Positions 18,742-29,952 of a DNA stretch of 64,000 nucleotides are shown here, piece after piece. Both the position numbers and the translations under genes were made by a program. Origin of the DNA: an uncultured Lachnospiraceae bacterium (GTDB lineage: Bacteria > Bacillota > Clostridia > Lachnospirales > Lachnospiraceae); NCBI GenBank assembly GCA_947178145.1, contig CAMWXE010000008.1, forward strand, positions 19,166 through 83,165. Reading direction: 5' to 3'. Under the pieces are notes generated by a model. The model saw only the letters and a list, made by a program, of their open reading frames with translations, did not search any database and was not told the DNA's origin. Position 1 is the first letter of the stretch, and every line of letters begins with the position of its first letter.

Positions 18742-20529
18742 ATGGACTTTTTTAATTTGTTGACGATGGTGGGCGGTCTTGCGCTGTTTCTGTATGGAAT
18801 GCACCTGCTCAGCGAGGGGCTGGAGAAGCTCTCTGGAGGACGCCTTGAGCGGATTTTGGAGAATCTGACAAACAACAGGATTAAGGCGGTGCTCCTGGGG
18901 GCGGGCGTGACAGCGGTGATCCAGTCTTCATCGGCGACCACGGTTATGGTTGTGGGCTTTGTCAATTCGGGCATTATGAAGCTCTCGCAGGCGATTGGGA
19001 TTATCATGGGGGCAAATGTCGGGACGACAATCACCTCATGGCTGCTGAGTCTGACCGGAATCGAGAGCGACAATTTTTTCCTGCAGCTTGTCAAGCCCAC
19101 ATCGTTCTCGCCAGTGCTTGCTGTGATTGGCGTAATTTTTATCATTTTTTTGAAAAGCGGCAAAAAGCGGGATCTCGGTTCCATTTTAGTCGGTTTTGCC
19201 ATCCTGATGACAGGGATGGATACAATGTCTTCGGCGATGAAGCCATTGAGCCAGGTTCCGTGGTTTACAGGGCTGTTTACGGCGTTTACCAACCCGCTGC
19301 TCGGACTGCTTGTGGGGGCGCTGATCACGGCGGTTATTCAGTCCTCATCGGCATCAGTCGGTATCCTGCAGGCGCTGTGCGCGAGCGGGAGCATCCATTA
19401 TGCGGCGGCAGTGCCGATTATTCTCGGTCAGAATATCGGTACATGTGCCACAGCGATGATGTCCGGTGTCGGGGCAAGCAAAAATGCAAGACGCGCGTCC
19501 ATCGTCCATCTCCTGTTTAATGTGATCGGAACGGTTATTTTTATGATTGCTTTCTATGCATTGAATGCTGTTTTTCATTTTGCATTTCTGCAGGATGCGG
19601 CTGACAGTGCAGGAATCGCGCTGGTGCACACCGGATTTAATGTGCTTGCGACTCTGGTGCTGCTTCCGTTTGCGGATTATCTGGAAAAATTGTCGCTCGT
19701 TCTCATCAAGCCTGACGAGGAGGAAGAACGGCAGGCGAAGGAAGCAGAGCTGTTTGCCAAGATGGATGAGCGCTTTTTGAACACGCCTTCCTTTGCGCTG
19801 GAACAGGCGAACTCCTATGTATTCAAAATGGCTGAGATTACCCAAAAATCCCTGGATAAGGCAATCGATAACCTGTTTGAATACGACAAGAAGTCTGCGG
19901 GGGAAGTCGAGCAGATGGAAAATCTCGTGGACCGCTACGACGACGAGATCAGCGGGTATCTGGTGAAGCTTTCGAGCAGAAATCTGAGTGAACCGGATTC
20001 GCGCAAGCTCAGCATGCTTCTGCATAGCGTGGGCGATTGGGAGCGCATATCGGATCATGCCATGAACCTGGCCGATTGCGCAAAGGAGATGAACAAGAAA
20101 GAGCAGTCCTTTTCTGAGAAGGCGACGGAGGAACTGAAAGTGTTCTCCCAGGCAGTCAGGGACATTGTCGGTGCATCCCTGGAGGTCTTTACCTCGGAGG
20201 ACGAGGAGGCGGCAAAGTCCATCGAACCCTTTGAGGAGGCGATCGATACGCTGCAGAAAGAAATGAAGAAACGGCACATGAAGCGCCTCAGAAAAGGAAA
20301 GTGTACAGCGGAGATGGGCTTCGTCCTCTCGGATATCACCAATAATTTTGAGCGGATAGCGGATCACTGTTCGAATCTTGCGATTCATGTCATGCAGCTG
20401 CGCGCGGACGACACGCACGCACACGAGTATATTGATCAGATCGAGAAAGGCGAAGGGACAGAGTTTGACAGAGCCTTGAAGGAACATTTGAGACGCTACG
20501 AGCTTCCCGGAAAAGCGGCAAAACAATAA
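18742..20529 (+). CDS. Na/Pi cotransporter family protein with PhoU domains
   Basis: GGLALFLYGM, two QSSSA motifs, GANVGTT/GQNIGT, ERISDH/ERIADH. Confidence 0.93.
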   Translation: MDFFNLLTMVGGLALFLYGMHLLSEGLEKLSGGRLERILENLTNNRIKAVLLGAGVTAVIQSSSATTVMVVGFVNSGIMKLSQAIGIIMGANVGTTITSWLLSLTGIESDNFFLQLVKPTSFSPVLAVIGVIFIIFLKSGKKRDLGSILVGFAILMTGMDTMSSAMKPLSQVPWFTGLFTAFTNPLLGLLVGALITAVIQSSSASVGILQALCASGSIHYAAAVPIILGQNIGTCATAMMSGVGASKNARRASIVHLLFNVIGTVIFMIAFYALNAVFHFAFLQDAADSAGIALVHTGFNVLATLVLLPFADYLEKLSLVLIKPDEEEERQAKEAELFAKMDERFLNTPSFALEQANSYVFKMAEITQKSLDKAIDNLFEYDKKSAGEVEQMENLVDRYDDEISGYLVKLSSRNLSEPDSRKLSMLLHSVGDWERISDHAMNLADCAKEMNKKEQSFSEKATEELKVFSQAVRDIVGASLEVFTSEDEEAAKSIEPFEEAIDTLQKEMKKRHMKRLRKGKCTAEMGFVLSDITNNFERIADHCSNLAIHVMQLRADDTHAHEYIDQIEKGEGTEFDRALKEHLRRYELPGKAAKQ

Positions 20530-20710
20530 AAATACAGGAAAACGCATGAAATGTGCGTCAAATAAGACTGAAAATCGTGAATTATGACAACGAATTTTAG
20601 TAAATTGCACAAAATTATTTGTTATAACATATTTTTGTTGTGTTGGAAAAAAAATTAACTTATAATATATTCGTTGAGTTTAGCGCATTACAGTGTTGAA
20701 ACAGCTATAG

Positions 20711-22108
<1,398 letters not shown>

Positions 22109-22137
22109 TTGATGATAAAATAAAAGAACAGATGCGC

Positions 22138-22174
22138 GAAAACCGCCTGCAGATTATATTTGCAGGCGGTTTTC
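22138..22174 (+). terminator. intrinsic terminator
   Basis: GAAAACCGCCTGCA...TGCAGGCGGTTTTC. Confidence 0.85.
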
Positions 22175-22363
22175 ACGTGCCATTGTTCATACCCGTCTGA
22201 AGCGGGGCGCAGTAACATTTTTGCTTTTATGCACACTATTTCATTGAAACAGCAATGGCATGGGAGTCAATATGATGCAACTTTGATGCAATTTCGATAC
22301 AATTTTGATGCACTTCACAGGTATAGTAATTATATAGTAAAGAAAGTAATAGGGGGATAGGGT

Positions 22364-23323
22364 ATGGAAGCAAAACAAAAGAAAAACGTGCGGATTGGTA
22401 TTTGGATTGGTGTGACCGCGGTTGTGGCTGGGGTTGCCCTTGTGCTGGTCGGATATCGATTTTACAACAATGTGGCACCGAAGGGATATCAGGATTATAC
22501 TGTTCAGAAGGAGCAATATTATGTAGAGTACTCAGACCAATATGACTATTGGGATGTGGTCACTGTGGAGTATCCGGTTCTGTCAGGAATTAATGGGGAG
22601 CAGGTGGAGTCGGTGAACACATTATTATATGACACAGCGATGGAAAAGGTAAATTACTGGCATCTTTTTCCAGACGAGGAGGTCAAACAATTACAGGAAA
22701 ACTATAAAATCTACAGCAGCGATGTACACTGTGAGGTTCCCTTTCACAGCCAGTATCTGATGAGCGTGCATTTTCAGGAAACATATGCGCCGATCTCTCC
22801 TGTCAACTATGTACATAAAACGCAGCGCAGCGTCAATGTCAATTTGATGACTGGCGAACAGTATACGCTCTCTGATATATTTGAGATCAATGATGACTTC
22901 ATGGGGCTTTGGTGTGAGCAGGTGGAGTCGGAGGGAGCGTACGATGATCTGATTGTGAACGATGAGGATACTAGGGAGACATTTCTGATGTGGTTTCTGG
23001 ATGAAGATGAAGAGACCGGAGAACATTACTGGCTCACGCCATTTTTTTATCTGGATGAGTACAAGAATTTTGTGATTGGTCTCTCCTATGACCCCAAACC
23101 TAACAAGGTGGTCAGTGTATTGCCAATAAATAATAGCTTTTATGCGTATTTTGAGAGCTCAGATCTGATGCCTTATCGGACAGACTCGGAATTTTGGGAT
23201 TGGTATGATCAGTCAGAATCTGCAGGAGAAATTCTTGAGTGCGCGGATTTGCATGACAATCTATGGCTTGGTGAGGATGCAAGCGTATGGGAGTATCTCA
23301 AGAGCGTGAGGGGAATAGAGTAG
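22364..23323 (+). CDS. membrane-anchored extracellular protein (DUF4163/DUF3298-like)
   Basis: N-terminal TM; VEYPVL, NVNLMTGEQYTLSDIF motifs. Confidence 0.6.
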   Translation: MEAKQKKNVRIGIWIGVTAVVAGVALVLVGYRFYNNVAPKGYQDYTVQKEQYYVEYSDQYDYWDVVTVEYPVLSGINGEQVESVNTLLYDTAMEKVNYWHLFPDEEVKQLQENYKIYSSDVHCEVPFHSQYLMSVHFQETYAPISPVNYVHKTQRSVNVNLMTGEQYTLSDIFEINDDFMGLWCEQVESEGAYDDLIVNDEDTRETFLMWFLDEDEETGEHYWLTPFFYLDEYKNFVIGLSYDPKPNKVVSVLPINNSFYAYFESSDLMPYRTDSEFWDWYDQSESAGEILECADLHDNLWLGEDASVWEYLKSVRGIE

Positions 23324-23324
23324 T

Positions 23325-24320
23325 ATGAGATTGTTTCAGGGAAAAACAGTGATGGGTATTCTCTGCGGTCTGCTTGTCTTGTCGGGTTCAATGGTGGTGC
23401 AGGCCGGTGGGAATTCCTCGTATAAAACGCGATACGACGTGCCGCCAGAGGAGCAGGATAATTACACTGTGGTGACGCAGGATCTTGGAGCGTATGAGGT
23501 CTGTGCGGGAGACAGCTTATGGAGTATCTCGGAAAAGCTGCTGGGAGACAGCTGTTATTATCTCCAGATTGCAGAGCAGAATGCAGATGTGATCGCCAAT
23601 CCTGATATAATCTATCCGCAGATGCATCTGCAGATCAAACAGAAAGTCTACGTCAGAAAGCGGACAGGCGTGAACGGGATGAAAACGCCGGAGTACCGCT
23701 TCGGGATGCCTGACGGATGGAGTGTTGGAATACTGGAATCAGGTGGAAATTATGCAACGTGTTCCCTGTCAGGTGATGGCATGGAGGATGTAATCTGCAT
23801 GATTCGTGACAAGGAACAGGCTGGAGTATTGACGCTGTCAGATTGGGAGAACAGTCGACAGAAAATTCAGAATTATGTAGAGAGGAACTATGCTGGTCAG
23901 ATATCGGATTTGACTTTTTATGATTATCAGTCGGAGGATGGGAGAAATCTGTATTTGTTTTCCTACACCAATACGATTGATGGAGAAAAGTATGGTTATC
24001 GGGGCGAGATGGATCTCTATGTGTGCCATGGGATTTGTCAGACAGAGCATATTCAGGCTGAGTTTACGGGATTTGACACCGAAGAAGGAATAGAGGATAT
24101 CATTTTGTATATACTTGCCAGCTTTGAGGAATTTCCGGGGGCGGATTCGGTGAATGACTATAATGTAGCGATTGTACCTTCGGAGCCGTGGGAGCTTGCT
24201 GGCATTCACAATCCCTTTGTGTGGATTGATCAGTATTTTGATGCGGTATTTAGCGAAATTGCTCAGAAAAATAAGCCGGCGCAGGAAAAGACTGCAAAAG
24301 AGCGGATTCTCGGTCGGTAG
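23325..24320 (+). CDS. secreted LysM peptidoglycan-binding protein
   Basis: Signal peptide; YEVCAGDSLWSIS...IANPDIIYPQMHL. Confidence 0.85.
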   Translation: MRLFQGKTVMGILCGLLVLSGSMVVQAGGNSSYKTRYDVPPEEQDNYTVVTQDLGAYEVCAGDSLWSISEKLLGDSCYYLQIAEQNADVIANPDIIYPQMHLQIKQKVYVRKRTGVNGMKTPEYRFGMPDGWSVGILESGGNYATCSLSGDGMEDVICMIRDKEQAGVLTLSDWENSRQKIQNYVERNYAGQISDLTFYDYQSEDGRNLYLFSYTNTIDGEKYGYRGEMDLYVCHGICQTEHIQAEFTGFDTEEGIEDIILYILASFEEFPGADSVNDYNVAIVPSEPWELAGIHNPFVWIDQYFDAVFSEIAQKNKPAQEKTAKERILGR

Positions 24321-24436
24321 TACAAGCTTTTCAAAAAAGGGCGCATTTTCCAGCCGTTTGTGGACGATAATCCAAAGACAGCGAATAATAAAAAACGAGG
24401 ATGACAGGTACAGCACTTGTCATTCTCGTTTTTGTA

Positions 24437-26311
24437 TTATAATTTTATAATATCCTGCGGTGATTTCCCGCGCGGTGCAGTTTTCCGATACAGCTGGCGA
24501 TAGGCTTCATGGCGCGCTGCCTCAAAGGCCTGCCGGAGTGCTTCGGTCACAGCTTTGTCGCGGAGCCTTGTTGTCAGAAGCGGCGAGAAGCGTTTTCCCT
24601 CCAAGGCAATCGCTTCCTGAATGGCCTCGTCAAAGTTCTTTTTCGTGTGTCCGTACAGCCATGCGTAGGTCATCGAGTTATCCATCCAGTCGATCAGACC
24701 AATTACATCGACCATCTGGCGATATGGGCATTCGAGACGTTTGTATGACTCCGGGTAACCGCGCGAACCGTCATACCAGCTGTGGTGGCCAAGGGCTGCT
24801 GCTGCGTAGCGGCGTGTCGACACACAGGCGTTCAGGCGCGCACTGCCGACGACGGTGTGCAGGTGTGTGATCTCATATTCCTCCTCAAACCACTGCCTGG
24901 AAGTCCGGGTAAACAGGTTGATAAAATTGATCTTGCCCACGTCGTGGAAGACACCGCTGTTCATCGCAAGATCCAGCACTGCCTCGCGCTTGGCGTCGGA
25001 ATTGGAAATTTTTCGAATATATTCAATATCGTCAAAAAAGGCGGGTTCCTCGTTCATGATGATTTCACAGAATGCGGCGGCAGTCTTGCCAACTACCTGG
25101 GAGTGGACATAAATATCGGGCGCAAAATGGATCAGCATGGTCTGCTGAAATTCCCCATAAGAAATGCTGTTTGCCGTCTCGATATAAGTCGTAGCAAGCT
25201 GTCTGAGATAGAAAAAAATCATTCCGTCAGCCTCGTTTTTCGGAAACGATTCCGTGTAGCGGACAATCTTTCGATACAGGCTTTCCAGATATTTTTCACG
25301 ACCGGACAATTGTTCCGGATACTCCCTTAGATATTTGCAGTAAATCGCGGGAAGGGAGATCACGGTGTACATGGCATCGCACGAAAAGCTTGATGTGTCT
25401 GCCAGATCCATCAATTCTTCCATTCTTCCAAGCAGCTCTTCCAAAGTGAGCAGACCGCAATAATACTCGATGGCATAGCAGGAGAAAGCGGATCGCATTG
25501 GAGGTACTTCCCTGTTGCTGATTGCTTCATGAATCCGTCTCTTGTGGACAATATGCGCAGACTCCATGATCGCAGTCACGTCCTGTGCGGTCATGTCATT
25601 TTCCCTGTTGTAGGAAATGCTGGAAGTCATCTGCTGATGCGTCATGTAGATGTATCTGTCCCACGGAAGTTCCGGTGTCTTCTGCTGGAACTCCTCATCC
25701 TGCAAAAGCGCAAGCGTCTGTCTGGTCAGGCGGATTTTGGAGCTGGCGGACTTGAACTGTCCCAGGGAAGTGTTGGCGCGGGAGCGCAGGATATAACCTT
25801 TTGTCTCGATATCATCAATGGCATCATAATATTTCAGATAGGCCGCAGCTTCCGCAAAACACAGACGCATCTGTGACATGTAATATTCGATATCCGGCCA
25901 GTCCAGTCCCACCATTTTGTTGCATATATTGTGGCGCCCGATTCCAAGCCAGTATAGACAGCGGATAATCGCGTTGCGATCTTTCGTATGCCGCGCGCGG
26001 CTCAGCAGCGCCTGATAAATCTGGCAGAACAGACCGCCATCCAGTTCATTTTTTCCGTCCAGCAATTTTTGGGCAAATTCTTCCAGTTCTGTCAGTTCGT
26101 CCGAATCCGCCTCAAACAGTCTGTCAAGCAGCGGAAACAATTCGTCGCGCAGCAGTTCAATGTTGCGGTCAATCTTGTTCTCTGTGAGACTCCGGTTATG
26201 CAGAAGCGTATCGAGGTATGTATCAAAGGAATGACAGTCCAGGTTGCTGCGCGTTGCAAGTACAGCGATATCCCTTAAATTGGCAATGTATTCTTCCTGA
26301 TATGGCTGCAT
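24437..26311 (-). CDS. HD-domain (HD-GYP-like) phosphohydrolase with helical N-terminal region
   Basis: YVHS, FHDVGK, HTVVG, GHHSWYDGSRGYP; ATG 26311 after GGAGGG. Confidence 0.8.
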   Translation of the reverse strand: MQPYQEEYIANLRDIAVLATRSNLDCHSFDTYLDTLLHNRSLTENKIDRNIELLRDELFPLLDRLFEADSDELTELEEFAQKLLDGKNELDGGLFCQIYQALLSRARHTKDRNAIIRCLYWLGIGRHNICNKMVGLDWPDIEYYMSQMRLCFAEAAAYLKYYDAIDDIETKGYILRSRANTSLGQFKSASSKIRLTRQTLALLQDEEFQQKTPELPWDRYIYMTHQQMTSSISYNRENDMTAQDVTAIMESAHIVHKRRIHEAISNREVPPMRSAFSCYAIEYYCGLLTLEELLGRMEELMDLADTSSFSCDAMYTVISLPAIYCKYLREYPEQLSGREKYLESLYRKIVRYTESFPKNEADGMIFFYLRQLATTYIETANSISYGEFQQTMLIHFAPDIYVHSQVVGKTAAAFCEIIMNEEPAFFDDIEYIRKISNSDAKREAVLDLAMNSGVFHDVGKINFINLFTRTSRQWFEEEYEITHLHTVVGSARLNACVSTRRYAAAALGHHSWYDGSRGYPESYKRLECPYRQMVDVIGLIDWMDNSMTYAWLYGHTKKNFDEAIQEAIALEGKRFSPLLTTRLRDKAVTEALRQAFEAARHEAYRQLYRKTAPRGKSPQDIIKL

Positions 26312-26328
26312 AAATATTCCCTCCAATT

Positions 26329-28038
26329 TTAATCTTCAGATAATAAGCGTTTGCGCAGTATTTCGTACAGACGATCCGCGTCGACAGGCTTGGAACAGTG
26401 CTCATTCATGCCGGCTTCCTTGGACAGACGGATATCCTCCACAAAAGCGTTGGCTGTCATGGCGATAATCCAGATGCTTTCCGCGTCCTTTCTGGGAAGC
26501 TGGCGTATTTTTCGCGCCGCGTCATAGCCGTTCATCACCGGCATCTGGATATCCATGAAAATCAAGTCGTAATAGCCCTCTGGAGAATTTTCGAAGGCTT
26601 CCACCGCGCGCAGCCCGTTCTCGGCCGTCTCAATCTGTACGCCGGTCTGTGACAACAGTTCTATGGCAATCTCACGGTTAAGCTCATTGTCCTCGACAAG
26701 CAGCAGGCGGTAGCGGCCGTAATCAACATGTTTTCCGGCGCAGTCGGTTCGGCTGCGCTGTACTTTATAGGTCAGTTCGGATAATGATGCAAAGAGCCGG
26801 CTTTTAAACAGTGGACAGGGGACAAAGGCGTTGATGCCGGCCCTTGTCGCGCGGTATTCGATCTGAGCCCAGTCTGCCTCTGCGACCAGGATAATCGGAA
26901 AATCGCTGCCGGCAAGCTCGCGCACGTGGGCTGCCATATCGAGGGCGGACATATCGCTCAGCTCCTGTCCCAGAAGCAGAGCACAGGGCATACGGTCTTC
27001 GTACTGCGCCTCAGTCAGCCAGGTCACAGCGTCCATACCGTTTTTCACGTGTACGGACTCCATACCGCCGTCTTTCAGATAGGCGGCAATCTGCTGTGCT
27101 TTCGCGTCCGCACTCTCGGCAATCAGTACAGTCTGTCCGGCTGGCAGCGCCTGTGCATCTTTGGCCGGAGGGGCAGCTGTGAAGGGAATAGACACTTGGA
27201 AACAACTGCCTTTTCCCGCCTCGCTCTCGACAGTGATCTCGCCGCCCATGCGGTCGAGCAGGTTCTTGACGATCGCCATTCCAAGGCCGGTTCCCTCGAT
27301 CTTGTCGATGGCAGAGCTGTTTACGCGCTCAAACGGCTCGAAGATTTTTTCGAGAAATTCCTGACTCATGCCGATGCCGTTGTCCTTGCACAGAAAGTCG
27401 AACCATATCTTGTTCTCCGTTTCCTGGCCTGTGCGTGTGGACTGTTCGAAGTGCTGGGAAAAATTGACATGGATCGCGCCGTCCTCCGGCGTGTATTTGA
27501 CTGCGTTTCCGATGATGTTGACTAGGATCTGCCGCAGATGAAGCGGATCGCCAATCAGATTTTCCTCGTAGATCTGTCCGATTTCCAGATGAAATTCCTG
27601 ATGCTTCAGCGCTGCCTGCGGGCGCAGGATAATCGTGAGGTCATGCACCATGTCGGCAAGGGAGAATACCTCTTCGCACAGTGTCATGCGGCCGCTTGCG
27701 ATGCGTGACATGTCGAGCACATCGTTGACCAGATTCATCAGATGCGTCGATGCGGTCTGAATCTTCTGGAGGCAGTCGAGCACACGCGGTTTTTCGTCAA
27801 TGTGTGAGAGCGCGATGGAAGTCATTCCGATAATCGCATTCATCGGTGTGCGGATATCGTGGGACATATTGGACAGAAAACTGCTCTTTGCCCGGTTTTC
27901 CTCCTCGGCTGCGCGCAGCGCGTCGGATAGTTCGGAATTTGTGCTTTTGAGCTGGTCAATGATTGCCATGTACGGCGAATCATCATTGTTCTCCGAGGGG
28001 AGCTGTTTGCTGGTATCTTCGTTTTTTATCTCTTCCAT
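26329..28038 (-). CDS. cytoplasmic hybrid sensor histidine kinase/response regulator
   Basis: FLSNMSHDIRTPMNAI, NAVKYT, DNGIGM, GTGLG; C-terminal REC LLVEDN...DIQMP; no TM. Confidence 0.93.
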   Translation of the reverse strand: MEEIKNEDTSKQLPSENNDDSPYMAIIDQLKSTNSELSDALRAAEEENRAKSSFLSNMSHDIRTPMNAIIGMTSIALSHIDEKPRVLDCLQKIQTASTHLMNLVNDVLDMSRIASGRMTLCEEVFSLADMVHDLTIILRPQAALKHQEFHLEIGQIYEENLIGDPLHLRQILVNIIGNAVKYTPEDGAIHVNFSQHFEQSTRTGQETENKIWFDFLCKDNGIGMSQEFLEKIFEPFERVNSSAIDKIEGTGLGMAIVKNLLDRMGGEITVESEAGKGSCFQVSIPFTAAPPAKDAQALPAGQTVLIAESADAKAQQIAAYLKDGGMESVHVKNGMDAVTWLTEAQYEDRMPCALLLGQELSDMSALDMAAHVRELAGSDFPIILVAEADWAQIEYRATRAGINAFVPCPLFKSRLFASLSELTYKVQRSRTDCAGKHVDYGRYRLLLVEDNELNREIAIELLSQTGVQIETAENGLRAVEAFENSPEGYYDLIFMDIQMPVMNGYDAARKIRQLPRKDAESIWIIAMTANAFVEDIRLSKEAGMNEHCSKPVDADRLYEILRKRLLSED

Positions 28039-28040
28039 AA

Positions 28041-28883
28041 CTAAAAACTGTCCTTTCTGACAACAGACTTTGTAACATTTTCAAAAGCTTTGATGCATTC
28101 CCCGTTTTTGGACCGATCCAGCACCGCATGAAAAACAGAATCAAAATAACTGCCCATTCCTTCCGCCAGAAGCTCGTTCCACCAGGTAGCGATCAGATTC
28201 GGATCATTGCGGAACACGCCGCAGCCGTAAGCGCCCAGCACCAGATGCTTTGCGCCCTGCTCCGCAAAAATTGCCAGCGCCAGCTTCATGCGCCGCCGCA
28301 TGACACGTCTGGCCTCCGTGGTATCTTCGCCCTTTAACACTACCTGCCCCATATTGACTGCGGGCAGCGTCAGCACAGATGCCTTGACGGGAGTCTCCAC
28401 CAGCTGGAAGCGCCCATCCCTGAAAAATACCACATCCGGGGAGTAGATTGCGTGATTTGTGTACATCATGGAGCTCTGCGCACGATTCTTCCGGTAGTAT
28501 TCCTCGTGGGCCGTCAATGTCCTGTACAGGGTGCTGGATGCCGCCAGGCTTTCCTCCTGTGCCATCGCACCGTTGATGAATCCGCCGCCCGGATTTTTGG
28601 CACTCGCAAAGTTCAGCACACCGATGTTGTCTTTGCCTTCCGCTGCAAGCTTTCGGATCGCGTCTACCGTGGAGAGATTTTCTGTGCGCGTTTCGCGCAA
28701 TTGTGTGCTGTCTGTTTTGTTGTATTTTTCCAGAAGTACTGCGCCTTGTTCTGGCGTAATCAGGAAACTTGCGCATATGGAGGCGTCCATATCGGATTGA
28801 ATGCCAATCTGCTTTCCCTCATATTCATAATATCCCTGCTCCATGATTTTCAGGGTTTCTTTTGCGGTTGCTTTTCTGTCCAT
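28041..28883 (-). CDS. TIGR02452/DUF2263 bacterial PARG-like macrodomain protein
   Basis: LNFASAKNPGGGFINGAMAQEESL, IYSPDV, LVLGAYGCGVF. Confidence 0.9.
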   Translation of the reverse strand: MDRKATAKETLKIMEQGYYEYEGKQIGIQSDMDASICASFLITPEQGAVLLEKYNKTDSTQLRETRTENLSTVDAIRKLAAEGKDNIGVLNFASAKNPGGGFINGAMAQEESLAASSTLYRTLTAHEEYYRKNRAQSSMMYTNHAIYSPDVVFFRDGRFQLVETPVKASVLTLPAVNMGQVVLKGEDTTEARRVMRRRMKLALAIFAEQGAKHLVLGAYGCGVFRNDPNLIATWWNELLAEGMGSYFDSVFHAVLDRSKNGECIKAFENVTKSVVRKDSF

Positions 28884-29336
28884 ATTGTTCTCCTTCCGCT
28901 GGAGCGTGCCTGAAAGGTGCTCTCTTTACCATATCATAGCATATTTTTTGTGAAAGCTCAAATATATTTGCGCATGGCTGCAGATTTTTAAATTGCCGCA
29001 TAGATGCGCAAAGATGATGCAAAAATGATGCCTTAGCGCAATAGAATGTATTGAAAAAGGAAAGGCAGGGCTTTGTGATAATGGACAAGTTAAAATGGAA
29101 GATAAAAATTGCAGAATTACTGCTGGCGGGCATTGCGGGAGTGATGCAGACTAAAAATCATTTCCAATGAGACCGATTGCGGTTGTCGTTCATCTAAATA
29201 AATGTAAGGAACAAGGAAGCGATAACCAGTGCAGTTTGACAGGGCTGCACCTGTTATGCCTTACCGTTTCCAAAAATCAATGTGCATTGAAGATTAAATT
29301 GTTGTGTTGTGAAAGAAAGCCGGCGGAAAGGATATT

Positions 29337-29807
29337 ATGACAAAAGAACAATTGGGAAGTTTAATTATCGCATCGGAGGACACGATGTACCATGTGGCAA
29401 AAACTTTGCTGCGCAGCGATGCCGACTGCGCAGATGCCATACAGGAGGCGATTGTGAAGGCGTTCACATCGTTTCAGACGCTGCGCAAGGACTCCTATGC
29501 AAAGACATGGCTGGTCCGCATCGTGATCAACGAATGTTATGCCATTATGCGGCGGGAGAAAAAGCTCGTGCCCATGGAGGAATATACCGCGGAAGAGACT
29601 GCGGAGGAGCGCGCGGACTATTCAGATTTGTACGAGGCGCTGGGACATCTCACGGAGGAGACAAGACTCACAGTTACTCTTTATTACATGGAAGGGTACA
29701 GCGTCAGGGAAATCGCGGCCCTGATGAACACGACGGAGAGCGCAGTGAAAAACCGTCTTGCGAGGGCGCGGGAAAAGATGAAAAAAGAACTGGCGGAAGC
29801 GCAGTGA
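29337..29807 (+). CDS. ECF RNA polymerase sigma factor
   Basis: DAIQEAIVKAF, KTWLVRIVINECY, GYSVREIA...VKNRLARAR. Confidence 0.92.
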   Translation: MTKEQLGSLIIASEDTMYHVAKTLLRSDADCADAIQEAIVKAFTSFQTLRKDSYAKTWLVRIVINECYAIMRREKKLVPMEEYTAEETAEERADYSDLYEALGHLTEETRLTVTLYYMEGYSVREIAALMNTTESAVKNRLARAREKMKKELAEAQ

Positions 29808-29952
29808 GAAACCTAGAGGATTGAGTTCATGTCACAATAGAAGGCAGACAGGCCTGATTCACGTGATAAGGATTGAAAAACATATGTGAATGTGACAGTT
29901 GCAAATTGTGCCTGTGTCCCAAGATGCGGATCAGACGGAAATGGAGAATGAG

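Noticed and set aside
19354-20610. 418-aa antisense ORF
   Set aside because: Shadow of the Na/Pi cotransporter; no motifs
29200-29300. Hairpin GTGCAG...CTGCAC upstream of the ECF sigma gene as a riboswitch
   Set aside because: Short stem; no recognisable aptamer consensus
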